A stretch of 64,000 bases of DNA from Lentisphaerae bacterium GWF2_44_16 (lineage in GTDB: Bacteria > Verrucomicrobiota > Lentisphaeria > Victivallales > GWF2-45-14): the NCBI GenBank assembly GCA_001803225.1, contig MHBF01000168.1, positions 589 through 64,588 on the forward strand, written 5' to 3'. Position 1 is the first letter of the stretch. Each line of letters opens with the position of its first letter. A program made the translations under genes and the position numbers. The notes under the pieces were generated by a model. The model worked only from the letters and a program-made list of their open reading frames with translations, was not told the origin of the DNA and searched no databases. Positions 46,931 to 56,788 of this stretch are shown piece after piece.

Positions 46931-48091
46931 TCAATCGGAATTTACGGGGTATGTTTTTTCTATGGACATGAAGGCGGCACCGGAGGCGGCATTGAAATTG
47001 GCGGCTTCAGAACGGATCAGGAGAATATTGGGAAGGGACTGTGTCTTTTGACAGGCTAAAAATTCATCTTTAAGATTCCTCCAAAGGGAATTGTCTTCTG
47101 AAAAAAGCGGACTGTGGACAATGATTTCGTCCGGGTCGAAAAGGGCCGCGGTAGAAGCCAGGGACATTGAAAGAATTTTTATAGCTTCATTCAGGGCTTC
47201 CCTTATATATTTTTTCTTCAGTTGTCTGTATACTGCATCCTCCTTGCCCTGCCAGAAATCGTCGGGGAGATCAGGAAACTTTTTTTTCAATGCCGAAAGA
47301 CCGCATATGTCCTGTAGAAACTTTCCATTGTCAGCACTGAAGGATATTCCGAGTTCTCCTGCTCTGTTGTGTCCGCCCCTGAAAATACTGCCCTTGGCAT
47401 TCAGCGACAGAGAAATGCCTGAACGCACCGCTACATGCATTACAGTCATATCTTCAGATGCCGGTCTTTTCCAGAGATCATAGATTGCGAGACAGCTTAT
47501 ATTGTTTGTCATATAAATCTGCTTCCGGGAAATCTCTCTGTAAATATCAAGCATTGGTATCATTGAAAAATGCGGCAGCACCTCATAATTCGTGATTATA
47601 CCGCTTTTGTGGTCAATGCAGCCAGGGGCGCCGATGCCGAGGCTTGAGACTTTCTCCCATAATTTCCCGCTTTTTTCAATAGCGTATTCCAGAGACTCCC
47701 TGAGAAGCTTTATATATTCCTCCCTGCTTCCGCAGGAATGGAAATCAGTTTCAATTGAAAAAACGATATTTCCGGCAAAATCAAGAATCACAAAGCGCCA
47801 TGTGGAGGCTTCGAAGTCCACACCGGCAAAATATTCATGTTCGGGGTTTAAGCGCAATGGGGTCGAAGGTTTTCCCTGCTTCCGATCGATTGACGGAGGT
47901 TCATCCTCAAAGACCATGCCGGATTCTATGAGTGTCGGGACAAGTCTTGTAATATTAAATGTGCTGAGGCTCATAAGAATGGCGCAGTCCTTCCGGGAGA
48001 TGCCTGGATATTTGCGTAAAAGTGAAAAAAGTTTGTTTCTTTTTCTGAGCAGCTTGCCCTCAAGATCGCCCGGCGATACGAATTTTCTCAT
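46931..48091 (-). CDS. ROK family transcriptional regulator (no kinase-type ATP motif)
   Basis: wHTH region LFSLLRKYPGISRKDCAILMSLSTFNITRLVPTLIESGMV. The ROK core reads FAGVDFEASTW in place of the kinase DxGxT motif. It is divergent from the 48253 operon. Confidence 0.8.
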   Translation of the reverse strand: MRKFVSPGDLEGKLLRKRNKLFSLLRKYPGISRKDCAILMSLSTFNITRLVPTLIESGMVFEDEPPSIDRKQGKPSTPLRLNPEHEYFAGVDFEASTWRFVILDFAGNIVFSIETDFHSCGSREEYIKLLRESLEYAIEKSGKLWEKVSSLGIGAPGCIDHKSGIITNYEVLPHFSMIPMLDIYREISRKQIYMTNNISCLAIYDLWKRPASEDMTVMHVAVRSGISLSLNAKGSIFRGGHNRAGELGISFSADNGKFLQDICGLSALKKKFPDLPDDFWQGKEDAVYRQLKKKYIREALNEAIKILSMSLASTAALFDPDEIIVHSPLFSEDNSLWRNLKDEFLACQKTQSLPNILLIRSEAANFNAASGAAFMSIEKTYPVNSD

Positions 48092-48188
48092 TTTTCAGCC
48101 ATCCTTTCCTTATTAATTTAATTCCACTTAACTAATAGGCAAGTGAGTTTGACAACAAAATAAATTTATTGTTTCTATTGATACTCTC

Positions 48189-48217
48189 TTGACAATGCAT
48201 GGTTTTTGTGATATTAT
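48189..48217 (+). promoter_or_regulatory. Sigma70-type promoter of the 48253->63096 operon
   Basis: TTGACA (48189-48194), 17-nt spacer, TATTAT (48212-48217). AAAGGAG SD before the ATG at 48253. Confidence 0.6.
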
Positions 48218-48252
48218 TTATATTGTTATCAAATTAATAAAAAGGAGCGGGA

Positions 48253-49107
48253 ATGGATATTTATCTGAAATCAGTGACGGATTTGCCTGAAAGGATTGCA
48301 AAAAAGACCAGGACTGTAAAGAATACCGAAGAACTTAATGCTTTTATCGCAAGCGGTTTTTGCGATCTTCTCGAGGAGAAACAGAAGAAAAATGAAATAC
48401 TTACTGTAATATGTCCGGTGGGGCCTTTGGACTACAGATATTTCGCGGCGGAAGTAAAAAAACGCAAGCTGAACTGCAGAAACCTTCGCACAATAAACAT
48501 GGATGAATATCTGGATGAAAATGAAAAACTGGTACCGTTCTCGCATCCGCTGAGTTTCAGGCGTTTTATGGAAGAAACATTTTTTTCACATCTTGATAAA
48601 AACGCCCGACCTTCTGATGAAAATATAATCTTTCCCGACCCTGACGCGCCGGAAAAAGTTACGAAACTTATTGATTCGATAGGCGGGGCGGACATTTGCT
48701 GGGCCGGCTTTGGAATTACCGGGCATGTGGCGTTCAATGACCCTCCGCAGATGACGGGCGAAGCGGAAGACCTTGAGAGTTTCCGCAATTGCAAAACACG
48801 CAAAGTAACGATATGCCCGATGGCTACGGCGCAGATGGCAATGGGCGGAACAAACGGCAACTTGGATATCCTTCCAACTCGTGCAGTGACCGTCGGCATG
48901 TATGAGATGCTGAAGAGCAAAAAGTTTCATTTAACGTTCATGCGGAACTGGCATGCCGGTTTGTGGAGAAAGGCCATGTTCGGTCCTGTTGCAAGTTCAT
49001 TCCCCGGTTCATTGCTTCAGGAACACTCCGACTTGAGCATAACGCTTACCGAACTCGCGGCAAAACCTCCAATGGTCAATACCGCCCAGGCAACAGGAGA
49101 GGAGTAA
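48253..49107 (+). CDS. NagB/6-phosphogluconolactonase superfamily protein (glucosamine-6-phosphate deaminase/isomerase-like), paralogue 1
   Basis: INMDEYLDEN and GFGITGHVAFNDPP correspond to the NagB MDEY and G-x-G-x-x-GH-x-AFNEP motifs. It shares PVGP and SHPLSF motifs with 61371-62228. Confidence 0.7.
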   Translation: MDIYLKSVTDLPERIAKKTRTVKNTEELNAFIASGFCDLLEEKQKKNEILTVICPVGPLDYRYFAAEVKKRKLNCRNLRTINMDEYLDENEKLVPFSHPLSFRRFMEETFFSHLDKNARPSDENIIFPDPDAPEKVTKLIDSIGGADICWAGFGITGHVAFNDPPQMTGEAEDLESFRNCKTRKVTICPMATAQMAMGGTNGNLDILPTRAVTVGMYEMLKSKKFHLTFMRNWHAGLWRKAMFGPVASSFPGSLLQEHSDLSITLTELAAKPPMVNTAQATGEE

Positions 49108-49110
49108 AAG

Positions 49111-50010
49111 ATGAAATTTATAAACGCAAAACCGCTTGTTCTTGACGCGCAGATAAGAGGGTACGCCGTACCCGCCCTGAACGCAAATGGCGCGACTTAT
49201 GACATTGCGAGGGCGGCCCTTGAAGCGGCGCAGGAACTTCAGGCCCCTCTGATACTTCAGTCTTATGAGCCGAACCTTGAATACAGGGGCATGAAATATT
49301 TTGTGCAGATGTCAGGACATATCTGTGAGGATTTGGGGATTACGATACCGGTCGCATTGCATGTGGACCACGGGAAAACCTATGAATCCGCTTTAAGGGC
49401 AATGGATGCCGGTTTTACTTCTTACATGTTTGACGCTTCCCATGACCCTCTGGAGGAGAACATAAGAAAAAGCAGAAGGGTATTGGCGCTGGCAAGGGCA
49501 TGGAATGTTTCAATAGAGGCGGAAGTCGGATATGTGAAGGGCAACGAAGCAAAAAAAGAAAAGCAGATCGGCAGAATTCCCGTTCCTGAAAAGCCTGTCA
49601 TTCCTCCCGCGAAAACAAAAATTGAGGAAGCAGTGCGATTTGTAAGTGAAGTTGACGTTGACATGCTTGCGGTATCAGTCGGCACGACGCACGGCGTTTA
49701 CAGGACGCAGTCGGAGATAGATTTTCAGCTTTTGAAAGAGATACGAAGCAAAATAGAGACGCCTCTTGTCCAGCACGGGACATGCGGGATTTCTCTTGAG
49801 GATGTCTCGAAACTGGCAAAGTCGGGAATGTCTAAAATTAATTTTGGAGAAGCGTTCCGTTTTAATTACATAAACTATTTCAATGAACTCACCGACAGCA
49901 TGGAACACCAGTGGCATGCCTGGAAGATAATGCGTGAAATTAAAAACAGGCTGAAAGAAGACATAAAGGAAATCATCTGCGCATTGGGAGCGGACGGAAA
50001 GGCTTTTTAA
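49111..50010 (+). CDS. Class II ketose-bisphosphate aldolase family protein (tagatose/fructose-bisphosphate aldolase-like)
   Basis: GYAVPALNANG, LHVDHGK (Zn ligands), MFDASH, AVSVGTTHG, LVQHGTCG. Confidence 0.85.
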   Translation: MKFINAKPLVLDAQIRGYAVPALNANGATYDIARAALEAAQELQAPLILQSYEPNLEYRGMKYFVQMSGHICEDLGITIPVALHVDHGKTYESALRAMDAGFTSYMFDASHDPLEENIRKSRRVLALARAWNVSIEAEVGYVKGNEAKKEKQIGRIPVPEKPVIPPAKTKIEEAVRFVSEVDVDMLAVSVGTTHGVYRTQSEIDFQLLKEIRSKIETPLVQHGTCGISLEDVSKLAKSGMSKINFGEAFRFNYINYFNELTDSMEHQWHAWKIMREIKNRLKEDIKEIICALGADGKAF

Positions 50011-50011
50011 G

Positions 50012-50965
50012 ATGAAGGGTTACCTGTTCATATTTGCGGCAGTAACAGCGTGGGCGCTGGAATATGTGCTCATAAAAAAAGCGGTGAATGTCATAAACCC
50101 GTTTCTGGCAGGCACCGTTATTTTCATTTTTGTGACGCTTCTGCTGACGCCTTTTATCCTGTTCAGAAGAAATGAAATTCAGTCAATGAAAAAGGCATGG
50201 AAGAATATTTTATGGGTAGGCATAATCGGGGCCTTGTGCAATATATTCTGGCTTTACGGAACGAAATACACTTCCGTTGCTAACGTGTCTATACTTGGAA
50301 GGACGGATGTGCTTTTCACTTTTATTTTTTCCTATTTTGTGTTTCATGAAAAGATCCGCAGGATTGCTCTTTTATGTGTGCCGCTGATGCTTGCGGGGAT
50401 ATTTCTGACATCCTCTGTTGATTTGAGAAACATGGATATTGGAACAGCGGGGGACTGCATGATAATAGTCAGCGCTTTTTTCCTTTCGGTCAACGCATAT
50501 TCGATAAAAAAGGCGATGAAAGACGTTTCGGGAATAGCTGTCGCATTTGCCAATACGCTTATAAATTCTATAATATTTTCATTGCTCGCGCTATTCCAGA
50601 AAGATGCGTGCGAACTTATTCCCGCCGGGAACATTGTTCCTTTTCTGTCATTGGTTTTCTGCGGCCTTTTCTCGTTCGTTTTTTTCGTCTCATATTACGC
50701 CAGCCTGAAGAGACTTCCAGTATGGGAAGTGCGTCTCTTGTGCCTTGGCCTGCCGGTTTTGACTTTTATCGCAAGTTGGATTTTCGGCGAGGGATTTCCA
50801 TCGGGCGTTCAAATTTTGGGAAGCGCGCTGATACTTCTTGGCGCGATGGGCATCATTCTCTCTAATTCCGGCGCAAAAGTCGGAATGGGCCATCTGAAGA
50901 GAATAAAATATATTTTTGCAAATCCCCGAAAGTGGTATTTGCACGGATGTCCAATTTCCCGCTAA
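50012..50965 (+). CDS. EamA/DMT superfamily transporter
   Basis: About ten predicted hydrophobic helices in two EamA-like halves. It starts 1 nt after the aldolase stop. Confidence 0.75.
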   Translation: MKGYLFIFAAVTAWALEYVLIKKAVNVINPFLAGTVIFIFVTLLLTPFILFRRNEIQSMKKAWKNILWVGIIGALCNIFWLYGTKYTSVANVSILGRTDVLFTFIFSYFVFHEKIRRIALLCVPLMLAGIFLTSSVDLRNMDIGTAGDCMIIVSAFFLSVNAYSIKKAMKDVSGIAVAFANTLINSIIFSLLALFQKDACELIPAGNIVPFLSLVFCGLFSFVFFVSYYASLKRLPVWEVRLLCLGLPVLTFIASWIFGEGFPSGVQILGSALILLGAMGIILSNSGAKVGMGHLKRIKYIFANPRKWYLHGCPISR

Positions 50966-51013
50966 GGGCAGGTTTAAGAAAAATTAGGAAATAACTAAAA
51001 CAGGAGAATAATA

Positions 51014-52420
51014 ATGGGAAGCAATGAGAAAATAATCGCGGAACTGGTTGAAAGGGCAAGGGCCGCGCAGTCCCGGATTGAAAATTACAGCCAGGAAGAG
51101 ATTGACGCTGTATGTCTTTCTGTCGCCTGGCAGGTTTACAAGGATGAAAACATAAGGGAATGCGCGAAACTGGCCGTCAGCGAAACAGGGATGGGCAAAT
51201 ACGAAGATAAAATCACCAAGCATAAAGTGAAAGTTCTGGGAGTCCTGCGGGATGTTCTGAATGGAAAAAGCGTTGGGCTTATCGAAGAAGACAGAGATAA
51301 AAAAATAAGGAAGTACGCAAAACCGGTAGGAGTAATCGGGGCGCTTACTCCGGTAACCAATCCCACGGCTACGCCATCCAGCAATGTCATCGCGATACTG
51401 AAGGGCAGGAACGCTGTGATATTCGCCCCGCATCCCAAAGCGAAAAAATCCTGCAAATTTGTTTGCGGGCTCATGAGGGAAGGCTTGAAAAAAGTGGGGG
51501 CCCCTGAAGACTTGGTTTTATACATTGAGGAGCCGAGCGTGGAACTCAGCCAGGAACTCATGAGGCAGGTTGATCTGGCCGTAGCCACAGGGGGCGGCGC
51601 AATGGTCAAGGCCGCGTATTCAAGCGGCACTCCGGCGTACGGCGTCGGCGCCGGAAACCCGGTCATAATAGTGGCGGAAGATGCGGATATAGCGGATGCC
51701 GCGAAAAAAATCATGATAAGCAAAACTTTCGATTACGCGACATCATGCTCTTCGGATAATTCAATTGTCATTCAATCTTCCGTGTTTGACAAAACGCTTG
51801 ACGCGCTCAAAGCCAACGGAGGTTATCTCTGCACAAACGAAGAACGCGACAGGCTGGAAAAATGGATGTGGACGCCAAATCCGAAAACAGGACAGATTGC
51901 CCTCAATCCCAGAATAGTTGCGCAGTCGGCCCTTAAAATAGCTGGCGACGCCGGAATAAAAGTGCCGGAAAACACTTCAATGTTAATGGTAATGGGAGAA
52001 AACCCCGGTGCGGGACACTGGAGCGGAGAAAAACTTTCTCCTGTAATGAGCCTCTGGAAATACGAAGACTTCGAGGAGGCCATTCAGTACCAGGTAAAAA
52101 TGACGAAGTACGCTGGCGAAGGCCACTCCTGCGGAATATTCACTTTCAATGAAGGATACATCAACAGGCTGGCCGTCGGGACAAAGACGAGCCGTATAAT
52201 GGTACGTCAGCCGCAGGCCCCGTCAAACGGGGGGAATTTTTTCAACGGCATGCCGTCAACGGTTACTCTCGGCTGCGGCACCTGGGGAGGCAACATTACA
52301 TCTGAAAACATCACATGGAAGCATTTTATAAATCTTACGTGGGTTTCGGAGCCGTTTCCGCCGGTCAAGCCGTCTGACGAGGACGTCTGGGGCGATTTCT
52401 GGACAAAATACGGTAAATAA
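51014..52420 (+). CDS. CoA-acylating aldehyde dehydrogenase (SucD/EutE/PduP-type)
   Basis: 468 aa. N-terminus ELVERARAAQSRIENYSQEEIDAV. TNPTATPSSN. Catalytic Cys region FDYATSCSSDNSIVIQ (cf. F-D-N-G-x-x-C-A-S-E-Q-S). The size and layout match the acylating rather than the hydrolytic ALDH type. Confidence 0.75.
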   Translation: MGSNEKIIAELVERARAAQSRIENYSQEEIDAVCLSVAWQVYKDENIRECAKLAVSETGMGKYEDKITKHKVKVLGVLRDVLNGKSVGLIEEDRDKKIRKYAKPVGVIGALTPVTNPTATPSSNVIAILKGRNAVIFAPHPKAKKSCKFVCGLMREGLKKVGAPEDLVLYIEEPSVELSQELMRQVDLAVATGGGAMVKAAYSSGTPAYGVGAGNPVIIVAEDADIADAAKKIMISKTFDYATSCSSDNSIVIQSSVFDKTLDALKANGGYLCTNEERDRLEKWMWTPNPKTGQIALNPRIVAQSALKIAGDAGIKVPENTSMLMVMGENPGAGHWSGEKLSPVMSLWKYEDFEEAIQYQVKMTKYAGEGHSCGIFTFNEGYINRLAVGTKTSRIMVRQPQAPSNGGNFFNGMPSTVTLGCGTWGGNITSENITWKHFINLTWVSEPFPPVKPSDEDVWGDFWTKYGK

Positions 52421-52438
52421 AAATAAAGGATTGACGCA

Positions 52439-53563
52439 ATGAAATTGTTTGAATATCAGGCGAAAGATATTTTTGAGGAAGCCGGCATTCCGGTGCCAAA
52501 AAGAAAGCTTATAGAGAGCGCTTCGGGACTTGATGAGGCGCTTTCAGCGACAGGCTTTCCATGTGTTCTCAAGTCGCAGGTGCTTCAGGGCGGCAGAGGC
52601 AAGGCGGGACTTATTCAGTTCGCGAAAACCGGGCAGGAGGCCGCGGAAAAAACCGGCATGCTTTTCTCTCCCGAAAAGAATGTCAGGAAAATCCTTGTCG
52701 AGGAAGCGCTCAAGATAGAGAAGGAGATTTATCTGGCAATAACCATTGATCCTGTTGACTGTTCGGCCCTCATCATGGCATCCTCGGAAGGCGGCATGGA
52801 CATTGAGGAGATTGCCTTGACAAAGCCGGACAGGATAATAAAGGAAAAAGTCAATGTTTTCCGTTCTCTGATGCCGTATCAGGCCCGCAATATAATGTTC
52901 GGCCTGGGGCTTTCGGGGGAAGCTTTCAAGCAGGGCGTGAAAATATTAACGGCCATGTTCGGGCTTTTCAGAAAATATGACGCGGAACTTGTCGAGATAA
53001 ACCCTCTCGCGCTCTGCGGAGACGGCAGGCTGATTGCCGCGGACGGCAAATTCAGCATTGATGACAACGCGTCCTATCGGCAGAAAAATTTTGCGGTATC
53101 CAGGGACCACTTTTCAAACGACATCGAATATGAAGCGTCCCTTGAGGGCATCCCGTATCTGCTCTTTGACGGCAAAATCGGACTGATGTGCGCGGGGGCC
53201 GGGCTTACCAACACAGTGTATGACCTGATAAACCATTACGGTGGCAGCGTATCCAACTATCTTGAATTCGGCGGCCCGAATTACCGGAAGGCGCTGGAGG
53301 CGATGAAATTCACATTGAGGAGCAATCCCAGGGTGATCCTGATTGTTACATTCGGCACAATCGCGAGGGCGGACGTGATGGCGCAGGGAATAGCCGACGC
53401 CATAAAAGAACTGAAGCCTGAAGTCCCGATTGTTACCGCGATACGCGGCACGGGAGAAGAAGACGCAGCAAAAATTTTAAGGGAAATGGGCCTTACGCCT
53501 CTCTCGGACACCGAGGATGCTGTCAGAGAGGCCGTCCGCATTTCTGAAGGAGGTCTGAAATGA
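52439..53563 (+). CDS. Succinate-CoA ligase (ADP-forming) beta-subunit family protein (ATP-grasp)
   Basis: MKLFEYQAKDIFEEAGIPVPKRKL (cf. SucC MNLHEYQAK), VLKSQVLQGGRGKAG, EINPLA, GGPNY. Confidence 0.85.
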   Translation: MKLFEYQAKDIFEEAGIPVPKRKLIESASGLDEALSATGFPCVLKSQVLQGGRGKAGLIQFAKTGQEAAEKTGMLFSPEKNVRKILVEEALKIEKEIYLAITIDPVDCSALIMASSEGGMDIEEIALTKPDRIIKEKVNVFRSLMPYQARNIMFGLGLSGEAFKQGVKILTAMFGLFRKYDAELVEINPLALCGDGRLIAADGKFSIDDNASYRQKNFAVSRDHFSNDIEYEASLEGIPYLLFDGKIGLMCAGAGLTNTVYDLINHYGGSVSNYLEFGGPNYRKALEAMKFTLRSNPRVILIVTFGTIARADVMAQGIADAIKELKPEVPIVTAIRGTGEEDAAKILREMGLTPLSDTEDAVREAVRISEGGLK

Positions 53564-54444
53564 GCATTCTGATAAATAAAAAGACAAAAGTCCTCGTTCA
53601 GGGGATTACCGGCGGCGAAGGCAGTTTCTGGACAAAACACATGCTGGGGCTTGGCACGAATGTCGTTGCCGGAGTAACCCCCGGAAAAGAAGGCCAGAGC
53701 GTTGAAGGAGTAAAAGTTTTCAATACCGTCAAGCATGCCGTTAAGGAAACAGACGCGGACGCGTCGGTGCTTTTCGTTCCGCCCGCGTTTGCTAAGGATG
53801 CCGCGTTCGAAGCGCTTTCGGCGGGAATTAAAAAAGTTGTGATTATAGCCGAAGGCATTCCTATCCATGACGCGATGGAAATACGTTCCGCCGCCATGTC
53901 GGAAGGCGCGATGGTCATAGGAGGCAACACTTCCGGCATAATCACCGCAGGCGAAGCGATGATGGGGATTTTCCCCTACTGGATAGACCGTGTGTATAAA
54001 AAGGGCGACATTGGAGTAATGACTCGCAGCGGCTCCCTTACCAATGAAGTCACGGCAATGCTCATAAAGGCTGGGTTCGGGGTTTCGACACTGGCGGGAG
54101 TGGGCGGGGATGCCGTTCCGTGCACACGTTTTGCGGAGCTCCTTCCGCTGTTCCAGAAAGATAAAAAAACAAGGGCTGTTCTCATGATAGGGGAACTGGG
54201 CGGAACAATGGAGGAAGAAGTCGCCGATGCCATTGAAAGCAAAATATTCACAAAGCCCCTTGTCGCTTTCATCGCCGGGAGGACCGCTCCGAAAGGAAAG
54301 AAGATGGGCCATGCCGGGGCCATTGTCACGGCAGGCAAAGGAACTGTCGATGGAAAAATAAAAGCTCTGGAGAAAGCGGGCGCGCTGACTGCCGCCAGGC
54401 CTTGTCTCGCAGGCGACCTGATGAAGGAGGCATTAGCCCGATGA
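53560..54444 (+). CDS. Succinate-CoA ligase alpha-subunit family protein (CoA-binding, phosphohistidine)
   Basis: MSILINKKTKVLVQGITGGEGSFWTKHML..GTNVVAGVTPGKEG, SRSGSLTNE, and the phosphohistidine loop MGHAGAIV. There is an ATGA overlap with the beta-subunit gene. Confidence 0.9.
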   Translation: MSILINKKTKVLVQGITGGEGSFWTKHMLGLGTNVVAGVTPGKEGQSVEGVKVFNTVKHAVKETDADASVLFVPPAFAKDAAFEALSAGIKKVVIIAEGIPIHDAMEIRSAAMSEGAMVIGGNTSGIITAGEAMMGIFPYWIDRVYKKGDIGVMTRSGSLTNEVTAMLIKAGFGVSTLAGVGGDAVPCTRFAELLPLFQKDKKTRAVLMIGELGGTMEEEVADAIESKIFTKPLVAFIAGRTAPKGKKMGHAGAIVTAGKGTVDGKIKALEKAGALTAARPCLAGDLMKEALAR

Positions 54445-55895
54445 AGAAAAACATAATACTTCTTTTTTCAGCGTTTATTGTGATGGCTGTGATTATGCTT
54501 CTGCCTTCGCCCCCCGAAATCATGACTGATAAAGGCGCCGTGGCCCTTTCCCTGCAGGGAAAGGCGTCGCTGGCGGTGCTTGTAATGGTTGTGATATTAT
54601 GGGTTACCGAGGCTGTCCCGTTTCCGATTGCCGGGCTTATCGGAATGGTGCTGATGGTAATGACAGGGGCATCCGGTTTCAAGGAAATGATAAAGGAAGG
54701 CTTCGGCAATGAGATACTTCTTTTCTTCATAGGCGTAATGATATTTTCAGCCGCTATTGAGGGCACCAATCTCATGAAACGCCTTGCGACTTACATGCTT
54801 TATCATCTTGGACATAAACCCAAAGCCATAATACTGGTTTTTCTTGCGATAGGCGCGGCCCTTTCCGGATGGATAACCGATATGGCGGTGGCGGCTATGA
54901 TGCTTCCGATAGGAGTGGCCATACTCAAGGACGCCGGAGCAAAACCACTCGAAAGCAACTTTGGCAAGGCGTTGATGATTTCCTGTGCGTGGGGAGCCCT
55001 GATAGGCGGCATCGCGACTCCCGCCGGATGCGGGCCCAATCCATTGACAATGGCTTTTCTCAAAGACCTGGCCGGCGTGAATTTCACATTTATCGACTGG
55101 ATGATACTGGGTGTGCCGGCCGCCGTTATGATGGTGCCGTGCGCATGGGGCATACTGCTCTTGATATTCCCGCTGGAAAAAATCAATCTGACGATTGCGG
55201 AAGATGATTTCAAAAAAAGGATGAGCGAATTCGGACCGGTCAGCAGGCAGGAGATTTTCACCCTTGTCATCTTCGCCCTGACTGTCTTCCTCTGGGTATG
55301 CGAACCGTGGATAAAAGTCTGGACGGACGGAAAAGTCGCGTACCTGAGCATTTCGTTTGTGGCGGCGGCCTGCGCGTGTCTGTTCTTCCTTCCCGGAATT
55401 AACGTGATAAGCTGGAAAAAGGCCGAGTCCGAAATAAGCTGGGGAGGAATAATCCTGATTACCACAGGGCTGGCTTTGGGCATGGCGGTATATAATACCG
55501 GCGCCGCGGCATGGCTTGCCCAGATATGCTTCAGCAGGATTAATCTTCTTTCCCCGATTGTAATCATCTTTGTGGTTGTCCTGGGCGTTTCCATAATAAA
55601 GGCGCTGTTTTCAAGCAACACGGTTACAGGGATCATCATGGTGCCGCTTCTTATTGCCCTTGCGAAAAATACCGGCCTGGACCCCGTACTTGTGGCGATA
55701 CCCGCAGGTATCACTTCCTCGCTGGCATTCATTCTGGTTACCTCCACACCGACAAATGTGATCCCGTATTCTTCCGGCTATTTCACCATCCGCGATATGG
55801 CGAAAGCCGGAATATGGATGACCGTGGCCTCATGCGTATGTGTTACGATATCACTCTTTATTTTCGGCAGAATTTTCGGAATTGTAAAATTTTAA
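54441..55895 (+). CDS. DASS (divalent anion:Na+ symporter / SLC13-like) family anion permease
   Basis: Polytopic membrane protein with GGIATPAGCGPNPL and FSSNTVTG hairpin-tip-like motifs. ATG 54441 overlaps the alpha-subunit TGA (ATGA). The track ORF start 54402 is probably too far upstream. Confidence 0.75.
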   Translation: MKKNIILLFSAFIVMAVIMLLPSPPEIMTDKGAVALSLQGKASLAVLVMVVILWVTEAVPFPIAGLIGMVLMVMTGASGFKEMIKEGFGNEILLFFIGVMIFSAAIEGTNLMKRLATYMLYHLGHKPKAIILVFLAIGAALSGWITDMAVAAMMLPIGVAILKDAGAKPLESNFGKALMISCAWGALIGGIATPAGCGPNPLTMAFLKDLAGVNFTFIDWMILGVPAAVMMVPCAWGILLLIFPLEKINLTIAEDDFKKRMSEFGPVSRQEIFTLVIFALTVFLWVCEPWIKVWTDGKVAYLSISFVAAACACLFFLPGINVISWKKAESEISWGGIILITTGLALGMAVYNTGAAAWLAQICFSRINLLSPIVIIFVVVLGVSIIKALFSSNTVTGIIMVPLLIALAKNTGLDPVLVAIPAGITSSLAFILVTSTPTNVIPYSSGYFTIRDMAKAGIWMTVASCVCVTISLFIFGRIFGIVKF

Positions 55896-55915
55896 TTTTA
55901 AAATAAGGAAGCAAA

Positions 55916-56764
55916 ATGAAAGAACAATTCGACATCAAGAAATTCAACAGGCTGGCATTGGAATTCAGGCATGTCATAACGGACATCATCTGCCGTTCCG
56001 GCTCGGGGCACGTGGGAGGAGCATTATCGCTGGTGGAGATTGTCATAACTCTCTATTACAGGATAATGAACATCCGACCGGAGGAGCCTTTATGGGAAGA
56101 CAGGGACAGGTTTGTGCTTTCCAAAGGACATGCGGGGCCTGTGGCTTATACGGCGCTTGCTTATCTGGGGTACTTTCCTAAAGAATGGTTGCCGACATTG
56201 AATCAGGACGGCACAAGGCTGCCCAGCCACATGGACCAGAATCAGACACCGGGCATTGACATGACTACAGGTTCCCTCGGACAGGGCATCTCATGCGCCT
56301 GCGGACTTGCCCTGGCGGCTAAAATGGACAAAAAAAAGCACAATGTCTTCTGCATTATCGGAGATGGCGAGAGCAATGAAGGACAGGTTTGGGAAGCCGC
56401 GCTTTTCGCCGCCCACAAAAAACTCGATAACCTCGTTGTCATCTGCGATTACAATAAACTTCAAATAGACGGCACGACGATGGACGTTCTCAATCTTGAT
56501 CCTCTTCCCGATAAATGGAAGGCATTCGGATGGGAAACCTTTGAAATGGACGGGCACAACTGGGAAGACATATATGACACCATAAATAAAGCCGTTGCGG
56601 TGAAAGGTAAACCCGCCATCATAATCGCGCACACGGTAAAGGGCAAGGGCTGTTCAATACTTGAAAACAAGGCCGAAAGCCATAATATCAAGGTGGGCGA
56701 TGAGGCCGCATACAAAAAATACATGGACGCGCTGGAACCGGCTGAAATCGTGCTTCCATATTAA
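55916..56764 (+). CDS. Transketolase, N-terminal (TPP-binding) subunit of a split enzyme
   Basis: GSGHVGGALSLVEIVITLYY, DRFVLSKGHAGPVAY, GSLGQGIS, IIGDGESNEGQVWEA. Confidence 0.9.
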   Translation: MKEQFDIKKFNRLALEFRHVITDIICRSGSGHVGGALSLVEIVITLYYRIMNIRPEEPLWEDRDRFVLSKGHAGPVAYTALAYLGYFPKEWLPTLNQDGTRLPSHMDQNQTPGIDMTTGSLGQGISCACGLALAAKMDKKKHNVFCIIGDGESNEGQVWEAALFAAHKKLDNLVVICDYNKLQIDGTTMDVLNLDPLPDKWKAFGWETFEMDGHNWEDIYDTINKAVAVKGKPAIIIAHTVKGKGCSILENKAESHNIKVGDEAAYKKYMDALEPAEIVLPY

Positions 56765-56788
56765 GAATAAAAACCAAAAGGTTTTACC

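Noticed and set aside
46737-46934. 65-aa minus-strand ORF between the ROK and LacI genes.
   Set aside because: It has no motif, a basic low-complexity C-terminus and no SD. The interval more plausibly holds the LacI promoter.
53281-54312. 343-aa minus-strand ORF antisense to the ligase alpha-subunit gene. Similar long antisense ORFs lie at 54803-55747, 51136-51723, 53976-54338 and 54326-54775.
   Set aside because: They lie entirely opposite genes with unmistakable family motifs (SucD-like, DASS, ALDH). Their composition is low-complexity and rich in Ala, Ser, Pro and Arg, and they have no recognisable motifs. They are typical shadow ORFs of a GC-richer coding region.
52439-54444. Reading the SucC/SucD-like pair simply as the housekeeping TCA-cycle succinyl-CoA synthetase.
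   Set aside because: This is not rejected outright and remains the null hypothesis. I did not adopt it as the primary call because of the operon context: ATGA coupling to a DASS permease, an acylating ALDH directly upstream, no other TCA genes, and a sugar-type ROK regulator.
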